Virus record (IMG/VR): IMGVR_UViG_3300022742_000097
Coordinates: 1-53,757 of that record
DNA length: 53,757 nucleotides
From: a virus
Taxonomy: Duplodnaviria > Caudoviricetes
Strand: one strand, 5' to 3'
In this document: one piece after another, positions 17,020 through 26,443 of the stretch
How the letters are laid out: each line of letters starts with the position of its first letter
Numbering within the stretch: the stretch's first letter is position 1
Program-made: the position numbers and the translations under genes
Notes under the pieces: generated by a model
What the model was told of the DNA's origin: nothing
Databases searched by the model: none
What the model saw: only the letters and a program-made list of their open reading frames with translations

Positions 17020-19079
17020 GGATTCCCCTCATCTGCGTTAGGACAACCCAAGCGCGCACTCCACCCCGTCCCCGGAAGCGGGCCATAGATCTTTACCGTC
17101 GCCATTGACGTAGGGGACGACTTCACGAAACTCGCGTGCATGGTTCCTGGATTGGTGTCCAGATTCGTGTCGCCCTCAACATAGGCAGGATTGAACATGT
17201 TGATGTCCTCCTGCGGAAGGCCATGGGCCAGCATGTACGCGTCCAGCTTCTGCTGGTAGGTCTGCCCACCCTCAATGTAATCCGGATCCCCAACATAGCC
17301 AGTGTCGATCACGTCAACACCATCGAAAGTTACTACGAACCGGTCAGGGTTCTGGCCAGTCAGGTAGTCGAGCGTCACGGTGCCGGTGCCGGTGCCGAGC
17401 ACCACCTCGAACTCGGTGGGGAAGCTTTGGCCTCCCGAGTAGGCGGAAGATACGCCGCAGGCGATGGCTCCGGCCCCGATATGGATCTCGTCGGCCAAGT
17501 CGGCGTATAGACCGTTTGCGTCCTCCACGCGGAGCACAAACTGGTAGGACCCGGGCGCAGTCGGCACGCCACCGGCCTCAAGCGTGCCGGTGCCGCGGTC
17601 CAGCGTGAGCCCGGGCGGCAGGCTGCCGTCGACAACACTCACGCGAACAATGGGCGCGGTGCCGGCGGTGAGGGTGTAGGCGTACCCGTCATAGGGGAAG
17701 TCGTACTCCCCGTCCGGGGCCTGGCCACTGATCTGTGGGGGCACGGCAGGGGGCGCCCCCGCGTGGGGGAACATCAGCCAGTACTGTCCCATGGCCGGAT
17801 AGTAGAGCGCAGCCGGCTCAACGCTGTTTTCCATGCGCCCCTGCACGAGGGGATCCACCGGCATGCCCACGTCGCCGGCCTGGAAGTTGGTGCTGCTGGC
17901 GGCGATGCCGAGCGTACGCACGCCCTGGGAGGCCAGGAAGAGCAGGTCGTTGGAGACCGGCGCGATGGCGTGGTGGTGCGTGCTGCCCATCGGCAGCGCA
18001 TCCAGCAGCGCCATGCTGGCCGGTTCCTCGTCCACCTGCCAGAGCTGGAAGGCTTCGGCGTTGAACACGATGAGGTTGCCGCGGTAGAGCCCCATGGCCG
18101 TGACCGGGTTCGCCCCGTAGTTCTGCAGTCCCGTGGGCAGGTAACCGGCGTCGTTGTCCGTCGACCAATCCAGCGGGTTGACGGTGGCCGAGTAGCGCAC
18201 GATGTCGTCGTCCCCGCAGAACACCTTGGACGCGGCGATTGCCACGATCTTGGTGTTCGGGCAGTTCGGATCCTCCACACGGCGCGAGACGGCCCGCAGA
18301 GTGACGGTGCCGTCCTTCACCATCCCGCCTTCTTCCTCCGGCCACTCCGGCTCCGTGTCGCCGCTGACATACAGGGGCTCGGCGGCCCACACCACGCGGG
18401 TGGAGGCGATCGCCTCCCAGGTGACCTCGTTGTCCACCACCTGCTGGCCGAGCACCGGCGGCCAGGCCGGCTCGCTGGCGTCGGAGAACCCAGATTCCGG
18501 TTGCACCGCCTTGTAGGCAAGGTCGGAAGGCAGGCCGGCGAAGGTGCCATCCACCTGTAGATTGCCGCCCCATACCGCATGGTTGTGGTCGGCTACGGAC
18601 CACAGTTCGATGCCCGCGCGGCAGTAGGCGGCACCTTCCGGGCAAGTCGATTCACAGGTGGAGGGGTGCACCGCACCACCAGCACCACTATCCACCTGAT
18701 TGCCCTTGTCCACCCTCAACAGGACATCGGTACCGCTGAACCAATGCACCTCCACCCAACCGCGGGTAGCACCCGCGATGGATGCGCCTTGATCGATCAG
18801 GCAGGTGGCGGTGATCTTCTTGCCGACTGGAACTACAAGCTTCGTCTGGTTCAGCGCGCCGCCGCTGGGCTGGTTGCCGGGCAGTTCGACTGCAGTTCTC
18901 CAGCCGCCCTTCGAAACGTGCGTCGAGTAGAAGGCGGCGCCGGTGAAATCCCAGTTGCTCGCCCCTGCGCTGAAGTCGCCGTTCTCCACCGCCGTTGCAG
19001 TTGGCGACGGCGCAGTGATGGGGACGACGATGTCGCCGGGCTGGTAGAGGGTGCCTGGCTGCCAAACGGGGTACGCCAT
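17016..19079 (-). CDS. Tail protein with CBM-like, propeller-like and Ig-like domains
   Basis: NGDF CBM-like start, RYSATVNPLDW, GSLPPGLTLD..G.PTAPGSYQF Ig-like repeat. Confidence 0.7.
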   Translation of the reverse strand: MAYPVWQPGTLYQPGDIVVPITAPSPTATAVENGDFSAGASNWDFTGAAFYSTHVSKGGWRTAVELPGNQPSGGALNQTKLVVPVGKKITATCLIDQGASIAGATRGWVEVHWFSGTDVLLRVDKGNQVDSGAGGAVHPSTCESTCPEGAAYCRAGIELWSVADHNHAVWGGNLQVDGTFAGLPSDLAYKAVQPESGFSDASEPAWPPVLGQQVVDNEVTWEAIASTRVVWAAEPLYVSGDTEPEWPEEEGGMVKDGTVTLRAVSRRVEDPNCPNTKIVAIAASKVFCGDDDIVRYSATVNPLDWSTDNDAGYLPTGLQNYGANPVTAMGLYRGNLIVFNAEAFQLWQVDEEPASMALLDALPMGSTHHHAIAPVSNDLLFLASQGVRTLGIAASSTNFQAGDVGMPVDPLVQGRMENSVEPAALYYPAMGQYWLMFPHAGAPPAVPPQISGQAPDGEYDFPYDGYAYTLTAGTAPIVRVSVVDGSLPPGLTLDRGTGTLEAGGVPTAPGSYQFVLRVEDANGLYADLADEIHIGAGAIACGVSSAYSGGQSFPTEFEVVLGTGTGTVTLDYLTGQNPDRFVVTFDGVDVIDTGYVGDPDYIEGGQTYQQKLDAYMLAHGLPQEDINMFNPAYVEGDTNLDTNPGTMHASFVKSSPTSMATVKIYGPLPGTGWSARLGCPNADEGNP

Positions 19080-19864
19080 TACTGCGCCTCGCTGCTGTTG
19101 TTCGAAGTGGACTTGGACCCGCTCCCATAGCGATCCTTGACGGACGGCGGCACGGTGGCGGGAGGCGTCCCGGTCTCTTGGTCGACGGTGTACGGGTTCC
19201 GGTTGCTCACGTCCTCAATGACCGTCTCGCCGGGGTTGGTCGGCCATGCCGGCTCTACCGTTCCGGAACGCGGGCTGTCGCCCACAGTCTCAGTCGCAAC
19301 GTAGCGGTAGCCGTTGTCCACGGTGGGCACGACGACATCCCCCAAGGCGCGGCCGACGTTGGGCGCCCAGGGCGTGTACCCGGCACGATCCGACTCGACG
19401 CGGTAGGCCATGCCGTTACCGACAGTGGGGCGAACAAGCGTGCCCGGCAGGTAGATGTGGTTCGGCTGCCAGACCTCCCCCTTCTCCAGCCAGTAGTGGC
19501 GGATCAGGCCGTCGGCAAACTCGGCCACCACGTACAGGTAGCCGAGGAAGGGCAACGCGAAGTGGATGTCCCTGATGGGTGTCGCGGGCGCTACGGGGTG
19601 ACGGATCACCTCCACCTCGACGCGCGAGTCGCCGGAGTCGACCACCATGTGCGAGAACACGACGAACTTGCCCTGGAACCAGACAAGCCCCTTCGTCCCG
19701 GGGGGGAGCACCACGTCGATACGCGTACCGGGCCGACACTTGATGGTCCGCGCCGCGGTGACGTACCCGTTCAACAGGTCGTAGAGGGAGTCCGGCGAGG
19801 CACCGCCTTTGTCGCGCAGGCGGGTAATGCCGGCCTTTACTGCGGAGAGGTTCTGTTGGCGCAT
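19079..19864 (-). CDS. Tail protein, N-terminal nozzle-like segment plus Trp-containing repeats
   Basis: LLNGYV...RPGT start; W...Y repeats; position after the adaptor. Confidence 0.65.
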   Translation of the reverse strand: MRQQNLSAVKAGITRLRDKGGASPDSLYDLLNGYVTAARTIKCRPGTRIDVVLPPGTKGLVWFQGKFVVFSHMVVDSGDSRVEVEVIRHPVAPATPIRDIHFALPFLGYLYVVAEFADGLIRHYWLEKGEVWQPNHIYLPGTLVRPTVGNGMAYRVESDRAGYTPWAPNVGRALGDVVVPTVDNGYRYVATETVGDSPRSGTVEPAWPTNPGETVIEDVSNRNPYTVDQETGTPPATVPPSVKDRYGSGSKSTSNNSSEAQ

Positions 19865-19867
19865 GGG

Positions 19868-20602
19868 TCAGGACTCCGGCCAGTCGCCAGCGGAGGCAGG
19901 CCGCACTGCCGGCGGAGGCACGCACGCGCCGGGCACGTAGCGCCGCGTCTGATGGGACTCCGCGACGCGACTGCGAACATAGGCCGTTGCCTGGGCCGCG
20001 TAGTTTCCGGCGTCGGGCTGGCTGTAGTGGGCCTTGGCATTGGCCAGGGCCTGCAGAAACACGGCCTCAGGGTCCACCGTCAGAACATCGATGTCCGTGG
20101 CGAGTTCAGCCGGCCCGAATGCTCCCTTGATGCGCAGCTTCCATGCGGCATCAGCCGGTGCCGGCCACAGCTCGATGCACTGACGAATTTCGTAGTGGGT
20201 CGGCAGACCCTGCACGTCCGCCGTGTAGAGCGTCGGATCGATCCCACACACCAGCGGGCGCCAGCTGCCGTCACCTTCGGAGATCCCGACCCAGTGGACC
20301 TTGCCCGGGTCCAGCACCTTGTCGCAGGCATCGCTGTTCCCGTCCAGGTCGTAGAACCGCTGGCCGGCGATCAGGTCCCAGGTGAAGAACCGCTCCTGCC
20401 GCATCACGGCGTAGCGCCGGTACAGAAGCTCGTGGGCGCTGCGCACGAAATCGTCCAGCAGATCGGCCATCCCCGGCGGCAGCACACCCATGGCCACCTG
20501 AGTGGCGAAGCCCAGGCGCCGGGCGATGCGCAGCCGCATTTCCTCCAGGGTCACCGTGGGCTGGCCGTCGTCGCACTCGCAGTTGTAGGTCATAGCTGCC
20601 AT
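19868..20602 (-). CDS. Head-tail adaptor/tail tubular protein
   Basis: GQRFYDL and GLPTHY...IELWPAP motifs; GGAGAGG SD. Confidence 0.7.
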   Translation of the reverse strand: MAAMTYNCECDDGQPTVTLEEMRLRIARRLGFATQVAMGVLPPGMADLLDDFVRSAHELLYRRYAVMRQERFFTWDLIAGQRFYDLDGNSDACDKVLDPGKVHWVGISEGDGSWRPLVCGIDPTLYTADVQGLPTHYEIRQCIELWPAPADAAWKLRIKGAFGPAELATDIDVLTVDPEAVFLQALANAKAHYSQPDAGNYAAQATAYVRSRVAESHQTRRYVPGACVPPPAVRPASAGDWPES

Positions 20603-20676
20603 CGCCTCTCCTTCACGAAAAAGGCCGGCCGGAGTCACCCCCGACCGGCCGCCGTCACCGCCGCCAGCGGGTCGGG

Positions 20677-21261
20677 TTACTGCTTGCGGGACTCGCTCTC
20701 GTCATCGATCGCGGCCAGCAGATCTTCGCGGCCCTGCCCTTCGGCTTCCGCCGCCTCGATGGCAACCAAGTCCGCATCGCTCAGGTCCTTCAGCTTCTCG
20801 GTGATGGAGGCCACATCGCCGGCCAGCAGCTCGGTGAAGTCGGTAGCCACCGCCGCGTCCTCGGCAGCCTTCGCTGCGGCCTTGGCAGCGCTCTTCTCCG
20901 CCCTCTTCTCGGCAGCAGTCTTGGCCGGTGCAGTGGAAGTGGTCTTCGCCGCGACCTTGGCAGTCGACGGCTGGCGGCTGTCGATGAACTTCTCCAGGTC
21001 GCGCTGGCGGTTGAAGTAGCGAGCGCGGGCAGCGTCGGAGTCGGCATTGCCGCCGTACTTCTTGACCAGGCCGGCGAAGGCAGCGCCCGGATCGAAGTCC
21101 GCCACTTCCACGTCCTTGGTCTCCAGTTCGGTGACCAGTTCCTCGCCGTAGATCTCTTCGAGGATGGACTGCTCGTACTCCGGCACGGTGGTCGGCAGCT
21201 TGGTGCTGGCGTCGCGGTCGATCAGCAGCGTTACGTGCTGCAGGACGATCTTCTGGCCCAT
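20677..21261 (-). CDS. Hypothetical virion-associated protein with Ala/Lys linker
   Basis: Coupled to the upstream gene; followed by a terminator-like hairpin at about 20618-20652. Confidence 0.7.
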   Translation of the reverse strand: MGQKIVLQHVTLLIDRDASTKLPTTVPEYEQSILEEIYGEELVTELETKDVEVADFDPGAAFAGLVKKYGGNADSDAARARYFNRQRDLEKFIDSRQPSTAKVAAKTTSTAPAKTAAEKRAEKSAAKAAAKAAEDAAVATDFTELLAGDVASITEKLKDLSDADLVAIEAAEAEGQGREDLLAAIDDESESRKQ

Positions 21262-21602
21262 TACTGCACCCCCTCCAGATAGACCGCCACATCCGGGCCA
21301 TCGGCATCGGCCGTGGTCACATTGATGCGAATCCAGCCCGGCATGTCGGCGATCTCTCCGGCCTGATCCGCGCTGGCATTGATGGTGGCAATGTCGGCCC
21401 AGCCAGTATCGGCTTCTGCGGGTGCCATGGCACCGGTACTCGGGTGGCCCTGCAACTTGAACACGCCGGTCAGCGGCAAGGTGGGAATGCTGTACTTGCA
21501 CTCACGGCCAGCACCACCCAGCAGGGGAGTCTTGCTGAGGCGCACCGGGGCGAGAATGTCCACTGCGGTGACGTCGGCAGTGAGCTTGAGGATGTTCGGC
21601 AT
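21261..21602 (-). CDS. Hypothetical beta-rich virion protein
   Basis: AGGAG SD, directly after the capsid gene. Confidence 0.7.
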   Translation of the reverse strand: MPNILKLTADVTAVDILAPVRLSKTPLLGGAGRECKYSIPTLPLTGVFKLQGHPSTGAMAPAEADTGWADIATINASADQAGEIADMPGWIRINVTTADADGPDVAVYLEGVQ

Positions 21603-21653
21603 AGCTTCTTCTCCTAGCCGGCGAGGATTTCCCCGCCGGCCTGTTGGTGGCGG

Positions 21654-22715
21654 TCAGGCGATGCTGAAAACCGCGTTCGAGTTGCGCTTGCGGCAGGTCA
21701 GGCCGTAGTCCGCGGTCAGGCCGAAGTAGTACGTGTAGCGGTCGTACACGCGCGGCGGGGTGCGGCGGATCATCCAGCGGCCCTTCACCGGGCGCAGGCG
21801 CAGGGCCTTGCTGTTGAGGAAGTAGCCGCGCTTCTTCCACGGGTAGGTGATCGCACCCAGCTCTTCGTCCAGGGCATCGAAGGTCGGATCCCACACCACC
21901 GGCACGCCCTTGAAGGCCAGCGCCTTGGTGCTCGGGTCAAGCGTCACGCCGCCGGTCGACGCCTGGCCCAGGTTGATCTGGCGCCCCATGACCTTCAGCG
22001 CGTCGGCCTGGATGGCGTCGTACATCGCCGAGCCCACCACGATGAAGTCGGGGTTGCCCAACTTGCCGTAGGTGATCGTCTGACGCCACAGGGTCTCCAG
22101 CGTGGAGATCAGGTTGCCGGCCGTGGCCGTGCTGATCCCCATCTGCGCCCAGTTGCGCCACCACGGGGTGGTCGACGCGTCGATGCCGCCGATGACGCCG
22201 GCGTTCGGGGTGGTGCTGACCAGCGCGTCCAGGCCCGGCACGGCCTTCGGGTTCGCCGAGCCGTCCAGATGGACCTCGCGGTCCCAGTTCTCCTGGAAGC
22301 CGTCCTTCAGCGTGGTCCAGCCTTCCTGCAGCTTGTCCACGATCTGGATCTTCTCGGCATCGGTCATCTGCGCCGACTTGTCGTCCGTCAGGATGATGCC
22401 GTTGTTGGCCAGCTCGGTCTCGTTGAGGCTGAAGCCGTCGTGGGCCTCGTAGTGCTGGTACGGCGCCAGGCGCACGGTGTCCTTCCGGTTGAACGTGACC
22501 TGGTCGTCGCCGGAGTAGTTCTGGTAGTTGCTGTCGTTGGTGAAGCGCACCTTCTCGTTGAAGATGCCGTTGCCGAAGACCGTCTCGGTCTTCTTCTCGA
22601 TCAGCCACTTGGCCAGCGGACGCTCGCTGGTGAACTGATCGATCGGGTCGTCAGTCGCGTAGGACTGCATCTGGTAGTTGGCGCCGGACGCCAACTGGGC
22701 GGGAGTCAAAGGCAT
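21654..22715 (-). CDS. Major capsid protein
   Basis: 353 aa; GLDALV..GGID...WWRN, PDFIV and FKGVPVVWD motifs; follows portal and scaffold. Confidence 0.88.
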   Translation of the reverse strand: MPLTPAQLASGANYQMQSYATDDPIDQFTSERPLAKWLIEKKTETVFGNGIFNEKVRFTNDSNYQNYSGDDQVTFNRKDTVRLAPYQHYEAHDGFSLNETELANNGIILTDDKSAQMTDAEKIQIVDKLQEGWTTLKDGFQENWDREVHLDGSANPKAVPGLDALVSTTPNAGVIGGIDASTTPWWRNWAQMGISTATAGNLISTLETLWRQTITYGKLGNPDFIVVGSAMYDAIQADALKVMGRQINLGQASTGGVTLDPSTKALAFKGVPVVWDPTFDALDEELGAITYPWKKRGYFLNSKALRLRPVKGRWMIRRTPPRVYDRYTYYFGLTADYGLTCRKRNSNAVFSIA

Positions 22716-22853
22716 ATCGCACCTCGGAGGGAAAGAGGAAGCCCGAATGGGCGTGGTCTCTCGCGTTCCGAGGGCGCGACTCTCGTTTCAGCGCTACCGG
22801 CGGCGAACCCGGCTTACGTCACACGCGGCGCCGGCATTGGCCGGCTGGAACGC

Positions 22854-22884
22854 AATATGCGCCAGCCGGCATGCCAGTCAACGG
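22854..22884 (-). promoter_or_regulatory. Putative late promoter for the capsid operon
   Basis: CCG-TTGACT-N16-CATATT. Confidence 0.55.
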
Positions 22885-22886
22885 GG

Positions 22887-23243
22887 TTATGCAGCGGGGC
22901 GCGGCGTGCCTGCAAGGTCTGCCGCGGCGTCCGCATCGGTCAGAAGTGCGGGCCGATGCGGATCGCCGAAATCGTCAGCCAGCTCGTAGGTTGCGGCAAA
23001 GATCTCCGGCTTGCAGGGGTAGAACTCGCCCTGCACTCCCCGAATGATCCAGTCGCCTGAGGCGGCAAGCATCTCGCCCTCCAGCGTGGAGATGAGAATT
23101 CCATCCTCCGGCCGGACCATGCTTGCACGCCTCGCATCTGCGCCGTGCCAGCCCATCCATGCAAGTACCTGATTCGCCGAATCCTTGCTGCCGTGGAACT
23201 GTATGGCCTCGATAACCACTGGCTTCTTGCGATACATGCCCAT
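22887..23243 (-). CDS. Conserved phage protein
   Basis: YRKKPVVIEAIQF...TLEGEM.A..GDWIIRGVQGEFYPCKP is a widespread phage motif. Confidence 0.8.
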   Translation of the reverse strand: MGMYRKKPVVIEAIQFHGSKDSANQVLAWMGWHGADARRASMVRPEDGILISTLEGEMLAASGDWIIRGVQGEFYPCKPEIFAATYELADDFGDPHRPALLTDADAAADLAGTPRPAA

Positions 23244-23246
23244 GAC

Positions 23247-24383
23247 TTACCTCCCCTGGGTCTTGGCGAGCTGCACCCCGAAGTCGAAGGCGTTCTCCTT
23301 CGTCGGTGCCTTGCTCAGGTCAACGCCGGTGGCGCGGGCCGGGTTGTTGGGCGCCGCTGCCGGCTGGCGCTGCACGGGAGGTGCCACCGGAGCGGGTGCG
23401 GCGAGGTAGGCCTTCTGGATCGCCGCGGCCCACTGCTGGGGCGGCAGGCTGTCCTGGATGACAGCCACCATGGGCTGGATCGCCTTGAACTTGGCATCGA
23501 AGTGCTGCGGGTCTGCGGCACGGAGTTGGGCGCCCAGCGTCTGCACGTCCTGCATCGCCTGCTCCTGCGCCTGGGTGGCGGCGTGCGACTGCTCCATGGC
23601 CTGCCGCTGGCGCTGCTGGCTGTCCTGCTGGAGGGCCGAAGCGCGACGGGTGCGGATAAGCTCTTCCGCTGCCGCCTTGGTCATGTCGCCGTCGGCCACC
23701 TGCTTGGCCAGCTCGGGATACTCGGCCAGCGGGTCGTAGCCCGGTGCCGGCCGGCCCAGCTCCTTCGCCAACCAGGCCATCTCCTGCTGCATGAAGTCGT
23801 AGGCCTGCGCCATCGCGGCCGGGTCACGCGAGTTGATCGCCGCCAGGTAGTTCAGCGCGTTGCCCATCTGCTGCGGATCGGCACCGGTGGACTTGATCGT
23901 TTCCTCCCACTGCCGGCCGCGCTCGGCGTCCGGTCGCAGGGTCTCGGCTTCGGCAGCGCGCTCGCTCAGTTCGCGGAAGCGCTTCTGGGTCCGCTCGTTC
24001 GAAATGCCCAGGTCCTTGATCTCGGCGTCGATGGCATCGGGCTGGTTCGCAGCCTCCGCAGCGGCAGCTGCAGCAGCCGGGTCCGGCTCGCCACCCTCCC
24101 CGCCCTCGGCGCCCGGTGCACCAGCGCCTGCAGCGGCAGCACCTGCATCATCGGCGGCCGCGGCATCTGCAGCAGCCCCATCGGCGGCGGCAGCCGGCGC
24201 GCCACCATCCTCCAGCACTTCCTGCTCGCGGGCCTTCTCCACGCCTTGGCTGAAGGCGTCCAGCGCCTCGGTGTTGGGGTCGCCGTCGTTGCTGGCGACG
24301 GTCGCCGCCGCCTGGGCGGCAGCGGCTGCAGCGCCGTCATCCTCGATGGCGGTGGTGTCGGGTTCGTTCTGGTCAATACGCAC
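23247..24383 (-). CDS. Putative scaffolding protein
   Basis: Acidic Ala-rich N-terminus, QKRFREL coiled coil; between portal and capsid; GAGG SD before the GTG. Confidence 0.75.
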   Translation of the reverse strand: MRIDQNEPDTTAIEDDGAAAAAAQAAATVASNDGDPNTEALDAFSQGVEKAREQEVLEDGGAPAAAADGAAADAAAADDAGAAAAGAGAPGAEGGEGGEPDPAAAAAAAEAANQPDAIDAEIKDLGISNERTQKRFRELSERAAEAETLRPDAERGRQWEETIKSTGADPQQMGNALNYLAAINSRDPAAMAQAYDFMQQEMAWLAKELGRPAPGYDPLAEYPELAKQVADGDMTKAAAEELIRTRRASALQQDSQQRQRQAMEQSHAATQAQEQAMQDVQTLGAQLRAADPQHFDAKFKAIQPMVAVIQDSLPPQQWAAAIQKAYLAAPAPVAPPVQRQPAAAPNNPARATGVDLSKAPTKENAFDFGVQLAKTQGR

Positions 24384-24412
24384 GTGTGTGTCCTCGCTGG
24401 CGGCGTGTGGGG

Positions 24413-26443
24413 TCAAACAGGGGTGATTGCCGGCGGCGTCATCGCAGCCGGGTCGAGCATTGGATCGATGGGCCGCTCACTGCCGGCGGCACCGGCAGCC
24501 ATCGCCGGGTCAATGGCGGCACCCCCCATCGGATCGAGCGCAGGGTCAACCGGTGCCGGCGCCTGCGGAATGAAGCTGTACGGGTCGATGCTGGTATCGC
24601 CGGCGCGCTTCACCGTCTCCACGGCCAGCTGCTCGAGGCAGTTGGCGATGTCCAGTTGCGACGAGCCGCGCATCTGACCGATCTGGATGGCGGACTGCTG
24701 GAGCTGCGGCAGCAGGATCGACCACTGTTGCTGGCGCAGGGCGGTGGCAGGCTTCCCGGACGACCCCGCCCGGATGTCCACCTGCACCACCATGTCCAGC
24801 ATCTCCGGCTCGGGGACGTTGAACCACAGCGCATCGGCGCCGGCCCAGTTCGCCGCCTCGTCCTGCGTCAGCCCGTTGGGCGAAACCGCCAGCTCGGCGG
24901 TGTACACGGCCAACTCGGAGAGCATCTCGTCCAGGCTGTCGCGGGCGTAGCCGATGCGAGACTCCGTGCCCTGCTGCTGGATGTCCGCCTCGGTGGCGGT
25001 CTTGGCCACCTGGATGCTGGACGAAAGAGCCTCCTGCACGCCCCAAATCATCTCCAGCTCCGCGCGGATCTGCTGGGTGTCGTATAGCGCCGGGTCGATC
25101 GGGTTGTAGCTGATCGGAAACAGCACTTGATCGTGGGGCTGCCCCTGCAAGTTCAACCCAACCATTTCGATCGACGTTGCGTTCTCCAGCTTCTCTGCAT
25201 CGGCCGGTTCAAGAGTGCCGCGATCAAACCCGGTCTTAGGGATGGCACGGCGCCGGTGTGTCTTGTAGTTGGTACGGGTGCGGTTGTACTCGTCCAGCAG
25301 CGATCGGGAGCGATCGACCAGGGACTGCGGGTGGCGCGCGCCGTCGTTCCAGATCACGGCCCAGCTGAAGAACGGATAGAAGCGCGTGGTCCGCTGCTCG
25401 GGCTTGAATGGCTGGCGCAGGTAGCGCGGGCACCCTTCGGCCAACGTGATGACGTGCCCCGTCTCCTTGTTCCACACCTCCCACACGCAGACGCAGGCCT
25501 TGCTGGTGTCAGTGGCACCGGCAGGACCCTTGGAGAAGGCGTCCGCCTGATCGCCCCGGGCCGCACCGCCGAAGCCCGCACCGTCTGCGGCCTTGCCCGG
25601 AATGCGGAAGTAGGCCGTTGCCGATCCCAGCACGTCGGCGGCATCGGGATACGTCGCCTTGGCCTTGTCCATCGGCATGAACAGGCGCTGCGCGATCCAC
25701 GGACTGTCCACGTACTGCTGCAGGCACGCGCACTCGGGCGCCACCTGGATGTCCTCTGCCCGCACGAAGTCGATGCACAGGGCATTGAAGATGATGCGCT
25801 CGGCCTCGTCCTCGGCCTGCTGCAGGCGCTGCTCCAGCTCTGCGCGCTGCGCGGAGTCGTCACCCACCATGCCTTCGGCCAGGGCGCTCTGGAGCTGGCC
25901 GATCGCCGCCAGGCTGGAGCGCAGCCCGGCAATCTCCTGCTGCAGGGCCGGGTTGCTGCCCGTCTCCCGGTGCCACGCGGCTTTGAGCCAGCCGATGCCC
26001 ACGCTCAGGCCGGAGCGAACCAGCGGGTCAGCCGCGGCCTTCAGCTTGCCCTTCTTCCAGAGCCTGCCGACGACGATCTCCAGCGTGGTTGCGAAGGCCT
26101 TGGCCTCCTGCTTGATACGCGGAGAGACGGCCTCGGCCAGCTCCACGCTGACCTCAGGGTCGCGGGCGTACAGGAACGTGGTCAGGATGCCGACATAGGT
26201 GCCGGCGATGGGCACACGCACGTCGTACACGTCGGTGTTCGCCTGCTCCTGGCAGTAGGTGCGATCCTTGGCGTAGCCCTCCCGGGCCCCCTTGTCGAAC
26301 TCGCGAGCTTCCTCAATCCGCTTCAGCCAGGCCTTGACCGCGCCCTCTTCCTCCATCTGGGCAGCAGCGCGGCGCTCGGCTTCCGCCTGCTCCATCTCGT
26401 CTGCTTCGATCGCCTGGGCCAGCTGGTCGCCTGGACCGGTCAT
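24413..26443 (-). CDS. Portal protein
   Basis: About 676 aa, coupled to TerL; VWEVWNK, FYPFF and KTATEA motifs. Confidence 0.85.
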   Translation of the reverse strand: MTGPGDQLAQAIEADEMEQAEAERRAAAQMEEEGAVKAWLKRIEEAREFDKGAREGYAKDRTYCQEQANTDVYDVRVPIAGTYVGILTTFLYARDPEVSVELAEAVSPRIKQEAKAFATTLEIVVGRLWKKGKLKAAADPLVRSGLSVGIGWLKAAWHRETGSNPALQQEIAGLRSSLAAIGQLQSALAEGMVGDDSAQRAELEQRLQQAEDEAERIIFNALCIDFVRAEDIQVAPECACLQQYVDSPWIAQRLFMPMDKAKATYPDAADVLGSATAYFRIPGKAADGAGFGGAARGDQADAFSKGPAGATDTSKACVCVWEVWNKETGHVITLAEGCPRYLRQPFKPEQRTTRFYPFFSWAVIWNDGARHPQSLVDRSRSLLDEYNRTRTNYKTHRRRAIPKTGFDRGTLEPADAEKLENATSIEMVGLNLQGQPHDQVLFPISYNPIDPALYDTQQIRAELEMIWGVQEALSSSIQVAKTATEADIQQQGTESRIGYARDSLDEMLSELAVYTAELAVSPNGLTQDEAANWAGADALWFNVPEPEMLDMVVQVDIRAGSSGKPATALRQQQWSILLPQLQQSAIQIGQMRGSSQLDIANCLEQLAVETVKRAGDTSIDPYSFIPQAPAPVDPALDPMGGAAIDPAMAAGAAGSERPIDPMLDPAAMTPPAITPV

